Part shown: positions 11,431-24,753 of the stretch, one piece after another | Numbering within the stretch: the first letter of the stretch is position 1 | Layout: the number at the start of each line of letters is the position of its first letter | Source: Rhina ancylostomus | Lineage: Eukaryota | Reading direction: 5' to 3' | Assembly: GCA_030265395.1 (NCBI GenBank) | Contig: JARFYF010000029.1 | Span: 30,406,309-30,470,308, forward strand | Length of the DNA stretch: 64,000 nucleotides | Notes under the pieces: generated by a model | The model's database searches: none | What the model was told of the DNA's origin: nothing | The model's input: only the letters and a program-made list of their open reading frames with translations | Made by a program: the position numbers and the translations under genes

Positions 11431-14259
11431 ACCATCCAAGACACAGCAGCCTGCTTGATTGGTGCCCCTCTGGCACCCATCAACCATTCCAAACATTCAT
11501 TCCCTCTACTACTAATGTACTATGTCTGCAATGTGTACCATCTACAAAATTCACTGCAATTATTTGCCCAGGCTAGTCTGACAGCACCTACCAAACCTGC
11601 AATCTCTACTCCCAAGAAGGTCAATGGCAGCAGGTACATGGAGTCACCACCATCTGCAGGTTCCCCTCCAAGTTGCACACCAAGCTGGTTCTTCTTTATC
11701 ACTGGGTCTAAGCCTTGGAGCTCCCTCCCCAAGAGCACTGTGAGAGTACCTTTACCAGAAGGAGAGCAGAGGTTTAGGCAGGCAGCTCACCACCATCTTC
11801 TCAGGGCCAATTAGTGACGAGCAATGAATGTGGTCTCACCAGTGATGCTCAGATTCTGAAAATCAATATTTAAGGAAGGATGTAAATGCATTGGAAGCAG
11901 TTCAGAGGAAATTTACTAGACTAATACTGGAAATTGGTGGATGTCTGTTGAGGAAGCATTGAACAGGCTAGGTGGGTATTGACTGGAGTACAGAACAGTT
12001 AGAGAGGATTTGACTGAGGGGTCTTGACAGGATGGATGAGAAGAGGATGTTTCTTCTTGTGGGAAAATCCAGAAATTGGGGTCCCTAATCAGAAATATGG
12101 GGTTGCCCACTTAAAACAGAGATGAGGTGAATTTTTTTCTTTCCAACAGTTGTGAGTCTTTGGAACATTTCTTCTCAAAGGGCAGTGGAAGCAGAATCTT
12201 TGAATACTTTTAAGGGAGAGGTTGATATATGCTTGATAAGCAAAGGAGTGAAAGTTACCATGGGTGGACTGGGAATGTGTAATTAAGGTTACAATCGGAT
12301 CAGCCATGACCTTAGTAAACAGCAGAGTAGGTTGAGTAGGGAATGATTTCTCAAGGGGCTGAATGCCCTGCTCTTGTTCTTATTTCACATGTTTGTATGT
12401 AGAGGAATGTGTGACCAGGAAGGGGGCAAATAATGATTTCCTGGCCAGGAAATTGCTGCAGCCCAGCAAGGAGCCAGAATAGTATTTAAAAGGGGTAGTA
12501 CTGGTAGAAATGTTGTCCCCTTGAGGGTCTCTGTTTGAATCCTGGCATCTGTCCTTGCCAGTAAAGCAACTGGCAGCTTTCTCAAGAGGATTGGAAGGGA
12601 GTGGAGTTGGGTTGGTAGGTGGGTATATTCATGAAGCCCATCAATCAGGGTGCTGACTCTGAGGATGCAAATGCATTTTCAAAAATGTTGCCGTTGTTTT
12701 TGTACTCAGCTAGACTCCTAATTACATGACTATGGGTGGCTTTATGACGAAAGAATAGGAAAACTTCCACTGATCTCAATGATTAATTTGCATCAATGAC
12801 AGATATTTAACAAAGAGAACAAGACAAAATCTATATATATTTAAATACACATTTTTCTGAAGCAATCTTATCACAACGTTGGGTAACATCCATAGTAACT
12901 TTGAATAGATTAATTATGGAACCAGGTAAACAAAGGAAACAAATACCAGGAAAACTAATTTACTTAGTTATAATTCAGAATCAGCAAATCCAAACAGCTT
13001 ACTTTTGTAACATCAAATAAAGCTGCTTCTGACTAACTCTTTTGCTAGACAAGATTAGGGTGTACACATACAATTTTCTTCTTTCATGTCCCTTTCATTC
13101 ATCACAAAAACCACTTTCAGTAATGTATTCTCCTTCAATTTGCAGGCCGAGGCAAGATAGTCTCGACCACTGACTCATCCTCAACCACTGTTACTGAACA
13201 TTTGTGTTAACAACCACCGTGAGCTGCAGCTGATTATTTAATAAGTGGGACCGTTTGAGCAAATAAGCATGAGTAATATTAATTACTCCACTTCACAAAT
13301 TTCCATATGGTGTTCCGTTCAGCAAACCTGACTAACGACTGGTGAAAATGCTTACTTGATCCATTGAATCTGACTGCCAAACCTCAGAGTTTATCCTTCT
13401 GTTTGGATTTGAAATATTGATGAGTGAATTACTTGAGTAATTTCTAACATTATTATTTGAAAGATAGTGAATTTTGACTATTTTAACTAATAAAACAATT
13501 TTTAAATAAAATAGTTGTTAGCTGTAACTCTGAAAACACTGGTGTCCTGCAGAGGGCTCCCTCACACCAGAAGCATGTTCACATTGTATCACTGCTCCCT
13601 ATCAATGGGATTCCAAGGCTCTTTTTATTTTCACTTTATTCTACACATTTTAAATGTAATATTATGAAAGACAATTAATTCTTTTGGTAACATCTCAATT
13701 GATTTTATTATGAATGTAAAGATTTTGATGTGTTTATGTAATTTTTCAGAAATATCGTAAATATTAAACTGAAAGTTATGTGGTAAGCTGAATATTCCCA
13801 TTGTGGTTTGAATAAAGTCCACATAAAACATTCAGTTACTGGATGCTGACAAATGCAGTAGTCTGTCTTACATTGAGTTATTTGAGGTAATTTAATCTTT
13901 TCGCATTGGTCTTGTGCAAAAATAATTGTTTCAAACTTTCTTTAAACAGAGACTCTAGTGACAACACTGTTAGCTAATCAGGGCTGAGGCTTGCGGTAAA
14001 CAGTACTGCTCACAACATCAATTTCCTCAGAAAGCAGTCTATTTAAAGTGTGGAGCCTGATCTTATGAAAGAAACGACACGACACTTCCTTCAATCTGTG
14101 CATGATATTTTGCCCAATAGTGCAAAGAGTGGAGGATAGTTGCACATGAATTAGGTGCTTCAATTTAATCTGCTACAGCAACACTATCAGCAGGCTTGAT
14201 TGACCATGGAATTCCCCAGTCGTGCCCACTCTGTCTCACTACTACACACACTTCTCTTT

Positions 14260-14620
14260 AAAGAAACAATCTGGATATACGTTCCTGTGTATTTTACAGG
14301 GGTGTAGTCCTGAAGTGCAGTTTCTGTTATAGAGTAGAGAATACAGCAGCAAGTTTGTGCAAAGTAAGCTTTCACACACCATAATGTGGTAATTACCAGA
14401 TAATTTTGGTGATGGTGATATGATGAATATTGACCTTATCATTGAGGATATTTCTTCTGTTCTACTTCAGAACAGTGTCAGCTGAGAGGATTTCGTGTCT
14501 CATCCAAATAGCAGCACCTCTGCCAATGCAGCACAACTTCAACAGTGCACTGAATTCAAGAATCTTCTGCTCGAGAATGGGGATTGAACCTTTAGACTCA
14601 GAGCAGAATGCTAGCAACCA
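14260..14620 (-). mobile_element. DeuSINE-like (SacSINE1/AmnSINE1-type) SINE, old
   Basis: + strand tctcatccaaatagcagcacctctgccaatgcagcac and ataatgtggtaattaccagataat are the reverse complement of the recalled Deu-domain core. tRNA-like head ggggattgaacc near 14580. Confidence 0.65.
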
Positions 14621-14889
14621 AAACAGATCTTGTAACTATCAACAAAATTTACATTAGACCACATTTGGATTATTGTGATCAGATCTGATTTCCATATTAT
14701 TGAAATGAAACAGGCACAGGAAATGTGCCAAGAATGTACAAATTATATTAGAACTGAGAGGTTATAAATAACAATAATGATTGAACCATCTGGGCATTTT
14801 TGTTTTTTTGCTCTAGATGTTGTATAGTGCTTTAATATTGTGAAAGGGTAAGTGTAAAAAGGATGTCTCCATTTGCAGAGGATACGTCT

Positions 14890-15790
14890 ACTTGGGAAGT
14901 GCATGAAAAGGTGGATTTTCAGAAAGTCTCAAAGAAAGGGGCGGAGGGTGGTGGAATGGGAGAAGAGTGGTATCTAAGACAGGAGTTACGGCAAAAGGGA
15001 CAAACATCACCAAAAGCTTTGCCAGAATAGAGGAAGTCAGGAAAAGCATAGAAACCCTGTACCTAAGGAGCAGATGGGTACAAGGCTGTAGAATGCTTAA
15101 GAAGGACAGTGAGAGGCCATGGACAGATATGCAGATGATATAGATTTTTAATTCAATCCCCCAGGGATTAGCAAAGGTAATAGCAAAATAGCTTATTGCA
15201 AACAGGGCTAAGCCTAGTACAGAGATGCCAAAATTTTGAACTAGGTATATTTTATGGAGTGTAGAGGTCAGATATTTAGCAAGGGGAGCATTGGACAATT
15301 TGTATATGGAGGTTGAAAGTATATGTCCTTGGTGATTGATAAGATATGGACTCTGAATCTCAGTGTATGCTTAATAGAACAGGTTGTATGATATCTAGTT
15401 CAGCAAGGCAGCCAGAGAACAGGATAGAAATGGAATGAAGAGTGTAATATTTTGCCATGGGCTGATAATTTCCATCTTCCCAAAATTCAATTGGAAGAAA
15501 TTTTGGCCCATTCATTCAGTAGAAGTTGGTTGATGAAAATTACTTGATGGTAGAAATGGGTTTCAATGCTCATTTAGAAAGTGATGTCACTGAGATTCTG
15601 CTTCTGCATGAGGAAGAGGTGGCAGAGATGTCGGAGGAGAAAATGCCATTGCTACTTATATTCTGCCTGGAATTGACATCCCTCAACCATACAAAACTGT
15701 CTCATGATAAAACATGAAAGGAGGATGTTGTGGACTTTATAGAAATGCTGAGGGGTACAAGAAGAGAAAATATACTATGGTCAGATCACT
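14890..15790 (-). mobile_element. Highly decayed L2-like LINE
   Basis: Purine-rich + strand (aggtggattttcagaaagtctcaaagaaagg, gaaattttggcccattca) typical of antisense L2 remnants. No intact ORF. Confidence 0.45.
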
Positions 15791-16479
15791 GAAAATGGAA
15801 ATTAGATATTCTTTTTTTTGTGAAATAGGTTTGTGGTCTTTAGATTTCATTGGCAAAGCATAAACTAAAAGTGATGCCAATCTGCCCTTTTGTATTCAAA
15901 CAGCATTTTTTCTTAGGTGTGTCATGAGATCATAAACTCGGGAACACCCACATTCAATTCTAACTTATGGTCATTTAGCTGTTACCAGCGCAGTATTGGT
16001 AGGCAGCTACAATTAGCCTTATCCATGAATATGCAAGTTCTGGGATTCCAGATGCCAGCTTCTATTCCACGACTACTGCTGGAAATGAAGCATGCTAACT
16101 GAAGACAAGATTCCACTGAGTCGTCATTGTTTCCTGACTCCACAATCCCCATCCTCACCAATCCCTGGAAGTTGAACAATCTGTTAATAATACAGTGGAA
16201 CCTGATACCCACACCTGAAAGAGCAGATGAGGCCTTAGTTTAATATTTGATGAAGAAGGTATATTTTAAAATCAACAGGTGATGGTCATGGGTATATTTT
16301 AAAAGATGTTAAATGTAACTATGTTTTTAAATACAATTTAGAATAAATGGAAGGGATTATTATTGACAACATTAAAACAAATATTGACATGTGATCCACT
16401 ATTCAACATACTTAATGTGGGATAATTGATCTACTGTATCATTTCATGTGTAGAAACAAGGCCGTACATATTATTCATG

Positions 16480-16856
16480 TCACCCAACCAGGAGTTCTCT
16501 CTTCTCTCCTCTTCCATCAAGATGCAGGAGCCTGAAGGCACGTACCACCAGACATAAGGACAGCTTCTACCCTACTGTGATAAGACTATTGAATGGTTCC
16601 CTTATACAATGAGATGGACTATGACCTCCCGATCTACCTTGTTGTGACCTTTCACCTTATTGCACTGCACTTTCTCTGTAACTGTGACACTTTACTCTGT
16701 ATTGTTATTGTTTTTACTTGTACTACATCATTGCACTCTGTATTAACTCAATGTAACTGTACTGTGTAATGAATTGACCTGTACGATTGGTATGCAAGAC
16801 AAGTTTTTTACTGTACCTCGGTACAAGTGACAATAATAAACCAATATCAGTACCAA
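16480..16856 (+). mobile_element. Rex1/Babar-type LINE 3' end
   Basis: accaccagacataaggacagcttctaccctactgtgataagactattgaat (TTRHKDSFYPTVIRLLN), ending gtacaagtgacaataataaaccaata. Confidence 0.7.
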
Positions 16857-17669
16857 CATCAGTGGGGTTATAGAAGAATTAGTAGTTAGACTCAGTCATG
16901 CTGATCTAATTCAGTTCAATTTGTAGTCAAATATTCTAGCATTTTCAATAATACTTCCATTTTATTAATAATTTTTTTTCTAATTAAGTTTCAAAATGTA
17001 AATGTTTCTCTGCAAACAGGTTGAGGAACTGAGATAAATGCTACAGAAGCACCTCACCAACCGTAATAAGAGGTTATAATTACAATATGAAAGGTTTAGA
17101 AAGGTCATTTAATCATAAATCTGGAAATAATAACTTACGAAGGAAAAGCTTAATGGAAAGACGTGAGGATATAATATTTTTAATTTATTATGTAATTATA
17201 TTGTTCATAGGAATATCATTGCTTAAACTTGGTCTAATACTAATTACTGAAACATATGCTTGATCAGACTATCGAGGGTTATCTACCCATATTTTCTCAT
17301 TTTAATGTTCACTAATAAGATTCAAAATAGCAAGCAAAATTCTGGAAATTCAAGTGAAGATATTGGAGAATGCTTATTCATGTTTGCAGATGACATCTGT
17401 ACCATAGGTGTGATAAGCAATTATAAGCTCTAGTAAGGTCTTTCAACAAACAATATGATTTCCAACAGCATCACCAAGTACCCATCCATTAAACTCATAT
17501 CCAACAATGTAACTAAATGGGCCATATCCACATTATAGAAACAAGAGGAGAGAAAGGTGGGTGATCTTTGATGAATAACTTACTGCCGTCAAGCGCTCTG
17601 TTATTTTCTAGAGCCAAGATAGAGGTATGGTTGAATGTCCAACAATCATCTAGTTACTTGCAATTTCAG

Positions 17670-18105
17670 AGTGGTGCATCAAGTAGTGCTGTTACCTCAC
17701 TGCCCCAGCAGCCCAGGTTCAATATTAACCCCTGGAGCTGTCTATGTGAAGTTTCCACACACTCTCTGTCACCTCTTGGATTTTTCTTGGANNNNNNNNN
17801 NNNNNNNNNNNNNNNNNNNNNNNNNNNNNNNNNNNNNNNNNNNNNNNNNNNNNNNNNNNNNNNNNNNNNNNNNNNNNNNNNNNNNNNNNNNTTTTTCTTG
17901 GATACTCCAATTTCCTCCCACATTTCAAAGATGTGCTAGCTGATAGATTAATTGGCTACTATGAATTATACTTAATGTGGTAGAAGAATCAAGGTGGAGT
18001 TGATAGGCATGTGAGTGAAAGTACATTACAGGGCAACACATGGGATGAATGGAATTGTCTGGGAGCCAGCATAGATTTGATGGACTGAGTGGCCTTCTTT
18101 TATGC
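17670..18105 (+). mobile_element. V-SINE/HE1-like SINE (older copy, contains 100-N gap)
   Basis: gtagtgctgttacctcac...ccaggttcaatatt...tttcctcccacatttcaaagatgtgc, with CR1-type tail gatggactgagtggccttc. Confidence 0.75.
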
Positions 18106-18109
18106 TGAG

Positions 18110-18325
18110 GGGAGAAAACATATTCAAAGAACAGGTCTCTTGGACAAATATTATCCATTTACCAAGATCATAAATAAAAGATTTTCTGAATGGTTTATTT
18201 CATTGTCATCTATGGGACATCAATATTACCATGGTGACTACACTTTACCCCTAATTGATTAACTATGAGGCACTTTGGGATATCCTGGGGTTGTGGAAAG
18301 CACTCCAAAAAAGCAAGCTTTTTCT
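18110..18325 (+). mobile_element. DeuSINE-like 3' fragment
   Basis: ggacaaatattatcc...gtgactacacttt...gcactttgggatatcctggggttgtggaaagcact is complementary to 60222-60400. Confidence 0.6.
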
Positions 18326-18529
18326 GTTAAAGTGCCATTAAGTCAAAGTATCACAGCAATTTCACTTTTGTCAAAGAAGCAGACAAATTATTCAAATTTT
18401 TTTTTCAAATTTAGGGCTATTAAAGAAAGTGAAGAGAACAGCAAGTTTTTGTTGTTAAGCAAACTGAGCATAATGTTTAACTGATAGACTATAAGATATA
18501 TTTGAACATGAACGTAAATACATACAGCT

Positions 18530-18715
18530 AGATCATTCAAAGTATTTAAGGCAGTGTTGGGTCACTTTTTTGAAAGATCAGGGAAATGAGAGTTTTGGAG
18601 AACTGGCTCAGAAGAGGAGTCAAGGCCAGCATAGATCAGCCATGCTCATATTAAATGGTAAGGCAGGCTTAAAGGGACAGGTGGCCTCCTCCTACATCTA
18701 TTTTCTTCTGTTCTT
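18530..18715 (+). mobile_element. CR1 3' end
   Basis: gtatttaaggcag...atagatcagccatg...ggcaggcttaaaggg...ggcctcctcctac...ttcttctgttctt. Confidence 0.7.
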
Positions 18716-19899
18716 GTAATAGACAATTCTTGTTGGTACTGCAGGAAAATTCTGACTCTAAAATCTATCATATTTACTAAATATTAGATGAACATTGTCC
18801 CATGGATTTCTGGAAGATTAGTTTGTAACAAGTAATTCCAAAATGTCATATTTAACTTGGATTTACAAAACATCAAGGATGGCTTACATTTAAAAAAAAC
18901 ACCCTTGAGAGGGGGAAAGGGTTGGATTTAGGGAATAATATATGTGTATATGCCAGGGATGAGGAAGGAAGCAATTGTGGTTGAGGGAAGGGTTAGTGAG
19001 GAAAGGTGATGGAAGATAAACCAAAAATAATGGTTAGGCAGCATATCCTCCTCATAAGAGGAGAGGATTATGATTACTCTATTGGCAACAACCAATGAAT
19101 TTACACAATAGTGCTGTGGAAACAATGTTGGGCAGAGTATAAATCTATGGACAGTGTTGCCTTGGCTGAAGCAGATTGCCAAGAAGCTGTCTCTTTGATT
19201 CATTTCAGGTTTAGGTTGGATCCTCATAGGGAGCACAAACCGTAGCTCTGCTGCAGGTTGAAACTGCTTAGAACCAATGTTACTGCCTCAGTTATGACAT
19301 AGGATTCCATGTACTTAAACACATAATAAAGGCAAAAAGCTGAGATTTATCAGGTCAACTTTACGGGTTATATCTTGTACATTATATTTCCAATGTCCCA
19401 CCTGAAGCAACTTAATTAATTTGCAATATATGCATTGAATCAGATCCCTTTTCTTCAAAAATATTAAAAAGAAACTATTTTAATTCTAGGGTACTGGGAA
19501 AAGTTGTTTAGTTGCACAGCAAATGCTCCTTTAGTAATTTAATGGCATTGCAAATGTGCACAATGAAAAAGGCATGTTCAGGTTTTCCTTTTAACTGGAC
19601 AGTAGCTTCTTTAAAAGCAGCATGCCTTGAGTCTCCTAATTGAACCCCTAAAGAAGGGATTTTCCTTCCAGAACTGGTCAGTTGTGTAAATCCAACCAGA
19701 AAACAAATGTATGCATTTAGCAGGATATTCCATTGAACTGCAGTCACTTACAGTATAGACCAACAAGGTTTAACAGAAACTTGGAGTTTGTGCTTCAGAA
19801 TTTTACATTTTTTCTCTTAATTTACTTTTGCTAAATTGTTACATGAATGGAATAGTTATAGATCCGTTTGACACAAAATCAAAATACTTAGGATGTCAG

Positions 19900-20070
19900 A
19901 AATAAAATCAGAGAATTCTGGAAATATTCAGCAGGTCAGGCAGCATCCGTAGAAAGGGAAACATTTAATATCTTAGGTTCTAATGTATTCATTCAACATG
20001 TTAAATCTCTTTCCCTCTCCACCGATGCTGCCTAACCTGCTGAGTATTTCCAGCATTTTGTATATCTCGA
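19900..20070. repeat. Penelope-derived inverted repeat (fold-back)
   Basis: 19918-19947 and 20024-20053 are reverse complements with 2 mismatches in 30 nt, extending inward about 14 nt. Confidence 0.85.
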
Positions 20071-20545
20071 AATCCTNNNNNNNNNNNNNNNNNNNNNNNN
20101 NNNNNNNNNNNNNNNNNNNNNNNNNNNNNNNNNNNNNNNNNNNNNNNNNNNNNNNNNNNNNNNNNNNNNNNNNNNNNNNNNNNNNNNNNNNNNNNNNNNN
20201 NNNNNNNNNNNNNNNNNNNNNNNNNNNNNNNNNNNNNNNNNNNNNNNNNNNNNNNNNNNNNNNNNNNNNNNNNNNNNNNNNNNNNNNNNNNNNNNNNNNN
20301 NNNNNNNNNNNNNNNNNNNNNNNNNNNNNNNNNNNNNNNNNNNNNNNNNNNNNNNNNNNNNNNNNNNNNNNNNNNNNNNNNNNNNNNNNNNNNNNNNNNN
20401 NNNNNNNNNNNNNNNNNNNNNNNNNNNNNNNNNNNNNNNNNNNNNNNNNNNNNNNNNNNNNNNNNNNNNNNNNNNNNNNNNNNNNNNNNNNNNNNNNNNN
20501 NNNNNNNNNNNNNNNNNNNNNNNNNNNNNNNNNNNNNNNNNNNNN

Positions 20546-20566
20546 ACCAAGCCAGAGTTCTCATAG
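20546..20566 (+). CDS. WIF1: WIF1 exon 1, visible 3' end only ((H)QARVLI-G)
   Basis: ac caa gcc aga gtt ctc ata g|gtgagc matches WIF1 HQARVLIG with a phase-1 donor. ATG and signal peptide lie in the preceding N-gap. Confidence 0.93.
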   Translation, partial: TKPEFS

Positions 20567-21500
20567 GTGAGCAGCACCCTGACCAGGTCCTCCCGTGCAG
20601 GGCTTCAGAGGTATTTCCCCCCATTGGAAGAGAGGGCGTTCTAAGGGTTATTGGAAGAATTTGATGTATTTTCATTGTTTCCCCCTCCTCCCAAAACAAA
20701 ACTCCACCAGCTCTGTGTTTGGCAGCGTTTGTTGTCGGTGCGGCCAGTCCCAGCAAGCAGGTCAGTCAGCGTCTGAGGATGGGACATGTAACTCCACTAA
20801 ACTGTTGAGGATCAAATGAATGTGAAGTGTGGTTTTACAGCCCAAAGTCTCTCCGGCGCTTCTCCTGGAGCTCTCTTTCGCTGACTGTTTCCTTCCCTTC
20901 GCCGATTCGTGTGCACCATAGTGTTTATACCATCTCTCCCTGTTAATAAAACCCACCAACCTCCATCAAGCTTATTTGAATATGTAGCCATCGACTAGAA
21001 CGTTTAAATTAATGCATGTGATATCTGGGAACGTTTACTAAGCAAACTGAATGAGATTTATGCACCCTTATAGCATGAGACTGGAGGAAGTAATGGTCTA
21101 ATAACGTAGAATCAAACATATCTTGTGGCCGTAGAGAATTTGTTACTCGATTACTAAAACAACAGCAATGTTGAAGTTTGAGAGATCTATTGAACTGACG
21201 TATAAGTTTCATGATTTGGTGTTCATATGACTTTTTTTTGGGGGGGGAAGAACTCGCCAAATTGAGGCCACGGTTCTTAATCATCCTGAAATGACCACCT
21301 TTCAGGTTTTGAAGAGGATATTCTTATCGTTTCCGACGGTAAAATGGCTCCGTTCACTCACGATTTCAGGAAAGCACAACAGAGAATGCCAGCGATTCCA
21401 GTCAACATCCAGGCCATCAATTTCACCTGGCAGGCTACGGGACAGGTAAGGATCCGAGCCAACGTGATTTCGCAACAGATGTTCAATTAAATGTTTCATT
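20567..21500. promoter_or_regulatory. CpG-enriched intron 1/exon 2 region, probable edge of the WIF1 promoter CpG island
   Basis: Visibly more CpG (ggcagcgtttgttgtcggtgcggcc, ctccggcgct, ttcgccgattcg) than the CpG-poor background. The adjacent gap is consistent with GC-rich dropout. Confidence 0.55.
21306..21445 (+). CDS. WIF1: WIF1 exon 2 (140 nt): [46 protein letters not shown]
   Basis: ttcag|gttttgaa...ggacag|gtaagg. Near-identical to the vertebrate WIF domain; NFT sequon retained. Confidence 0.99.
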
Positions 21501-24014
21501 ATGTCTGAAAGATTTGCCTGCAAGCTTTGCGTTTTTCTGGGGGAGGAAATTTATGCTTTAATTTAAACTGTCATTTGCTTTGAAAATAATTATATTTGAC
21601 TATGTACGAATTGGCAAAGCATTCCTTTTTGAGATAGGCTGAATGCATTATCAATGACGTGTTTTCCATTAGCACAATCATAAAACCAATAAAGTTTGTA
21701 CTTCAATTGTACGTGATTTTTTGGGAGATAGTATTCTGAGTATTGACTCTGATTTTGTACTGCAGTTTTGGAGGTACAGATTTCATTATATTGTTATTGA
21801 CAATTACAATCATTCAAAATAAAATTCCTAGCAATTTGATGCTTCAAATAAAGAGTTTATTTCAAAACATGTGCTACCTGTATTTATATTAGAGTAGTTA
21901 AAATGCAATGATGCTTAACATACTTTTGTTATTTATGCCTAATCAATATAAAAATATGAATTTCATTTTTGTTTACTAATCCCAACTCTATTCATATGGC
22001 CAGTGCTTTATTCTTGGATGCAATTTAGCCCAGCACTGTCATGTAATCTTAGCATTTCCATCTCCTCATCCTAATACGACCTTTCACCTACAGTTTTGCC
22101 AGACATAAGAAATTCCTTGTTTGTGACTTATATCCAGTGGAGCTTGAAGGTGGATGTGAATTTTGCCTGTAGCTTGTAAGCTTTGTTTTACAGAAAGTGG
22201 CTCTTGTTTAAAATGAACTGCTTTGAAGTCTTAATATTTTTATCATGTTCCAATGTGGTATTTTGCATCCTAGTGTTGTGCATGCCAACCAAGATTAAAG
22301 CAATGGGGCCAGGAGATACCACTTTATTTCGTACAATATGCATGTGGCAGCCATCTGTTCCATCTATTAACAGAAAATAACAGTGATAAACTTCTCAGAC
22401 TTCTGCCAAACTTAAGAGCTTATTGCCTGCAGAAGAAGGTTTGATAGTTATCTTGTGGTCTACATCTGGTTGAACTGGGATTGTACATCATCAGACACAA
22501 ACTTGGTGTTTATGTGGCAAACATTGTAGCTGCATTATAGGGGTATCAAAACAGGAAAAAACAAGCACTCTGAAGGGAAAATAAAATAGTGAAGAATTAA
22601 AATTCCAATTAAGCATGCTACTGTTTATGTGGCAGTCAAGTTTTTATGACTGTCTCCAGGATAATGGTGTTCAAAGAATGGGATTATTGGACTTTACCAC
22701 AAAATAATATACAGTTACTTATCACCTAATTAACACTTGGTAAGATTTCAGTAATTGCAAAGAAATCATTATTTCTTCAGTGGAGAGAGCATCTTGCCTT
22801 AAAGTCAGGAAGATGAGTGATCTTTGGCATTTGTCAAACTAGCCCTGCTGGAAATAAGACGATTGACGACCAAGTAAAATCACTGCAATTACACCCACAT
22901 GCACATTTAAAGGGCATAATGTATTTTTAGGATTCATGTGGTAGTAAATTCCTTGGTGGTGTTGCTTTTTCTCATTCCTCACGAGTATTCACTACCATCT
23001 GTTATAAAATCTCAATAGTTTTCTCTGCCACCTGCCTTCTCAATTGAGTAAGGATATTTGCAAAATATTAACTTAAGTGTAATATGGAGAAGATGCTGTG
23101 GGGAAATTAACAAAGCAATCAAATGACCCCAAAACAAAAATTCAAACATTAGGCAATAATTGATTTTTTTGTTTGTTCTATTTTACTGCAGGTACTGAGT
23201 GTGAAAGTGTTTAACTGCCAGTCTTGAAATAACTGTATTCCATCTGATGTTGACTTTAGCAGAAATTACAGAAAGTGCTGCTTTCAGTTTCCAAACGAAA
23301 ACTCAGAGAAACATTGTTTCTCTAACTTTCACACTCTTTTGAGGTGTGTAATGCTGTAACCAGATAGTAGTTCTAGCCCATCACTATTTTGCTGTTTTTT
23401 GCCTGGGTTCTTTGCTCAAGAAATGCTTTAAAATGCAAGTGTTTGGAGTCGTTCAACAGGAAAAGGTGGTAATCAAAAACTTTGCCTTTTAATTAGATGT
23501 ATACATCAGAGAAGGAAGGGCTGATTCTGGTTGAGAGGTGGGCTGTTATCTTCTGGAACTTCACATCCATCTACTTCCAGGGAACAAATTAACATTGACT
23601 TTTTTATTGTAATAAAATGCAATTAAATTGATGAGCATTCAGTAGCATATGTTAAATTCTGCTGTATTTGTAAACTTAAAATGGCTGAAGAATTATTGTG
23701 AAAGATTTGTTTCTCTCCCAGCCAAAAACATAGAGATGGATTATTGTTCCATATGATCATAATCAGAAAAAAAGCTGCTTGGCATAATAACAGAAATTCA
23801 TCCAAACTTCAAAGCTATCGTTAAGGCCACAAGAACAGAGACTTTTAGATATGAAAAATGGCCTATTTCAGCTTTACAAAGTGCATAATTTTTTAAAGAA
23901 GTGAATGAAATTATTTTCCAGGGAATATTCTCATTAAAGGTTTCAAATGGTCAACATTGTTATTAAAATGACTGATGATTATGCCTTGATGTTCTCTGGA
24001 TGGAGAAAATTTTC

Positions 24015-24720
24015 CTCATTTAGCCCACTGAGTCCATGCTGGTTCTCAAACCGATGCCACCTATTCCATTTCTTCAGTTCTTTCCCTGTAACCTAGTCTC
24101 CCTCTCTCTCTCTCTCTCTCTCTTCCTCTCTCTCTCTCTCTCTCTTTCTCTCTCTNNNNNNNNNNNNNNNNNNNNNNNNNNNNNNNNNNNNNNNNNNNNN
24201 NNNNNNNNNNNNNNNNNNNNNNNNNNNNNNNNNNNNNNNNNNNNNNNNNNNNNNNNNNNNNNNNNNNNNNNNNNNNNNNNNNNNNNNNNNNNNNNNNNNN
24301 NNNNNNNNNNNNNNNNNNNNNNNNNNNNNNNNNNNNNNNNNNNNNNNNNNNNNNNNNNNNNNNNNNNNNNNNNNNNNNNNNNNNNNNNNNNNNNNNNNNN
24401 NNNNNNNNNNNNNNNNNNNNNNNNNNNNNNNNNNNNNNNNNNNNNNNNNNNNNNNNNNNNNNNNNNNNNNNNNNNNNNNNNNNNNNNNNNNNNNNNNNNN
24501 NNNNNNNNNNNNNNNNNNNNNNNNNNNNNNNNNNNNNNNNNNNNNNNNNNNNNNNNNNNNNNNNNNNNNNNNNNNNNNNNNNNNNNNNNNNNNNNNNNNN
24601 NNNNNNNNNNNNNNNNNNNNNNNNNNNNNNNNNNNNNNNNNNNNNNNNNNNNNNNNNNNNNNNNNNNNNNNNNNNNNNNNNNNNNNNNNNNNNNNNNNNN
24701 NNNNNNNNNNNCTCTGTCCC

Positions 24721-24753
<33 letters not shown>

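Larger units (their letters stand above)
9551..11870 (+). mobile_element. Non-LTR retrotransposon of the CR1 group (AFDxVWH type), decayed, with 3' end
   Basis: 10535-10630 translates VRGVILCIRAAFD*VWHQDALVKPKSMG; 10717-10780 RVPQESILGPTTFSCIISDIP; LFAD near 10802. Confidence 0.85.
9075..12385 (+). mobile_element. Old CR1 LINE split in two (9075-9548 and 11871-12385) by nested insertions
   Basis: 5' part has cagaaggcatttgataaa (QKAFDK) and gctaaatttgcagatgacaca (AKFADDT). 3' part resumes aaggatgtaaatgcattggaagcagttcagaggaaatttactaga (KDVNALEAVQRKFTR) and ends in a CR1 tail. Confidence 0.85.

Noticed and set aside
5161-13200. Isolated acceptor-like sites (5161, 7868, 13145) as exons of another gene
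   Set aside because: No recognisable protein and no consistent donor or phase chain.
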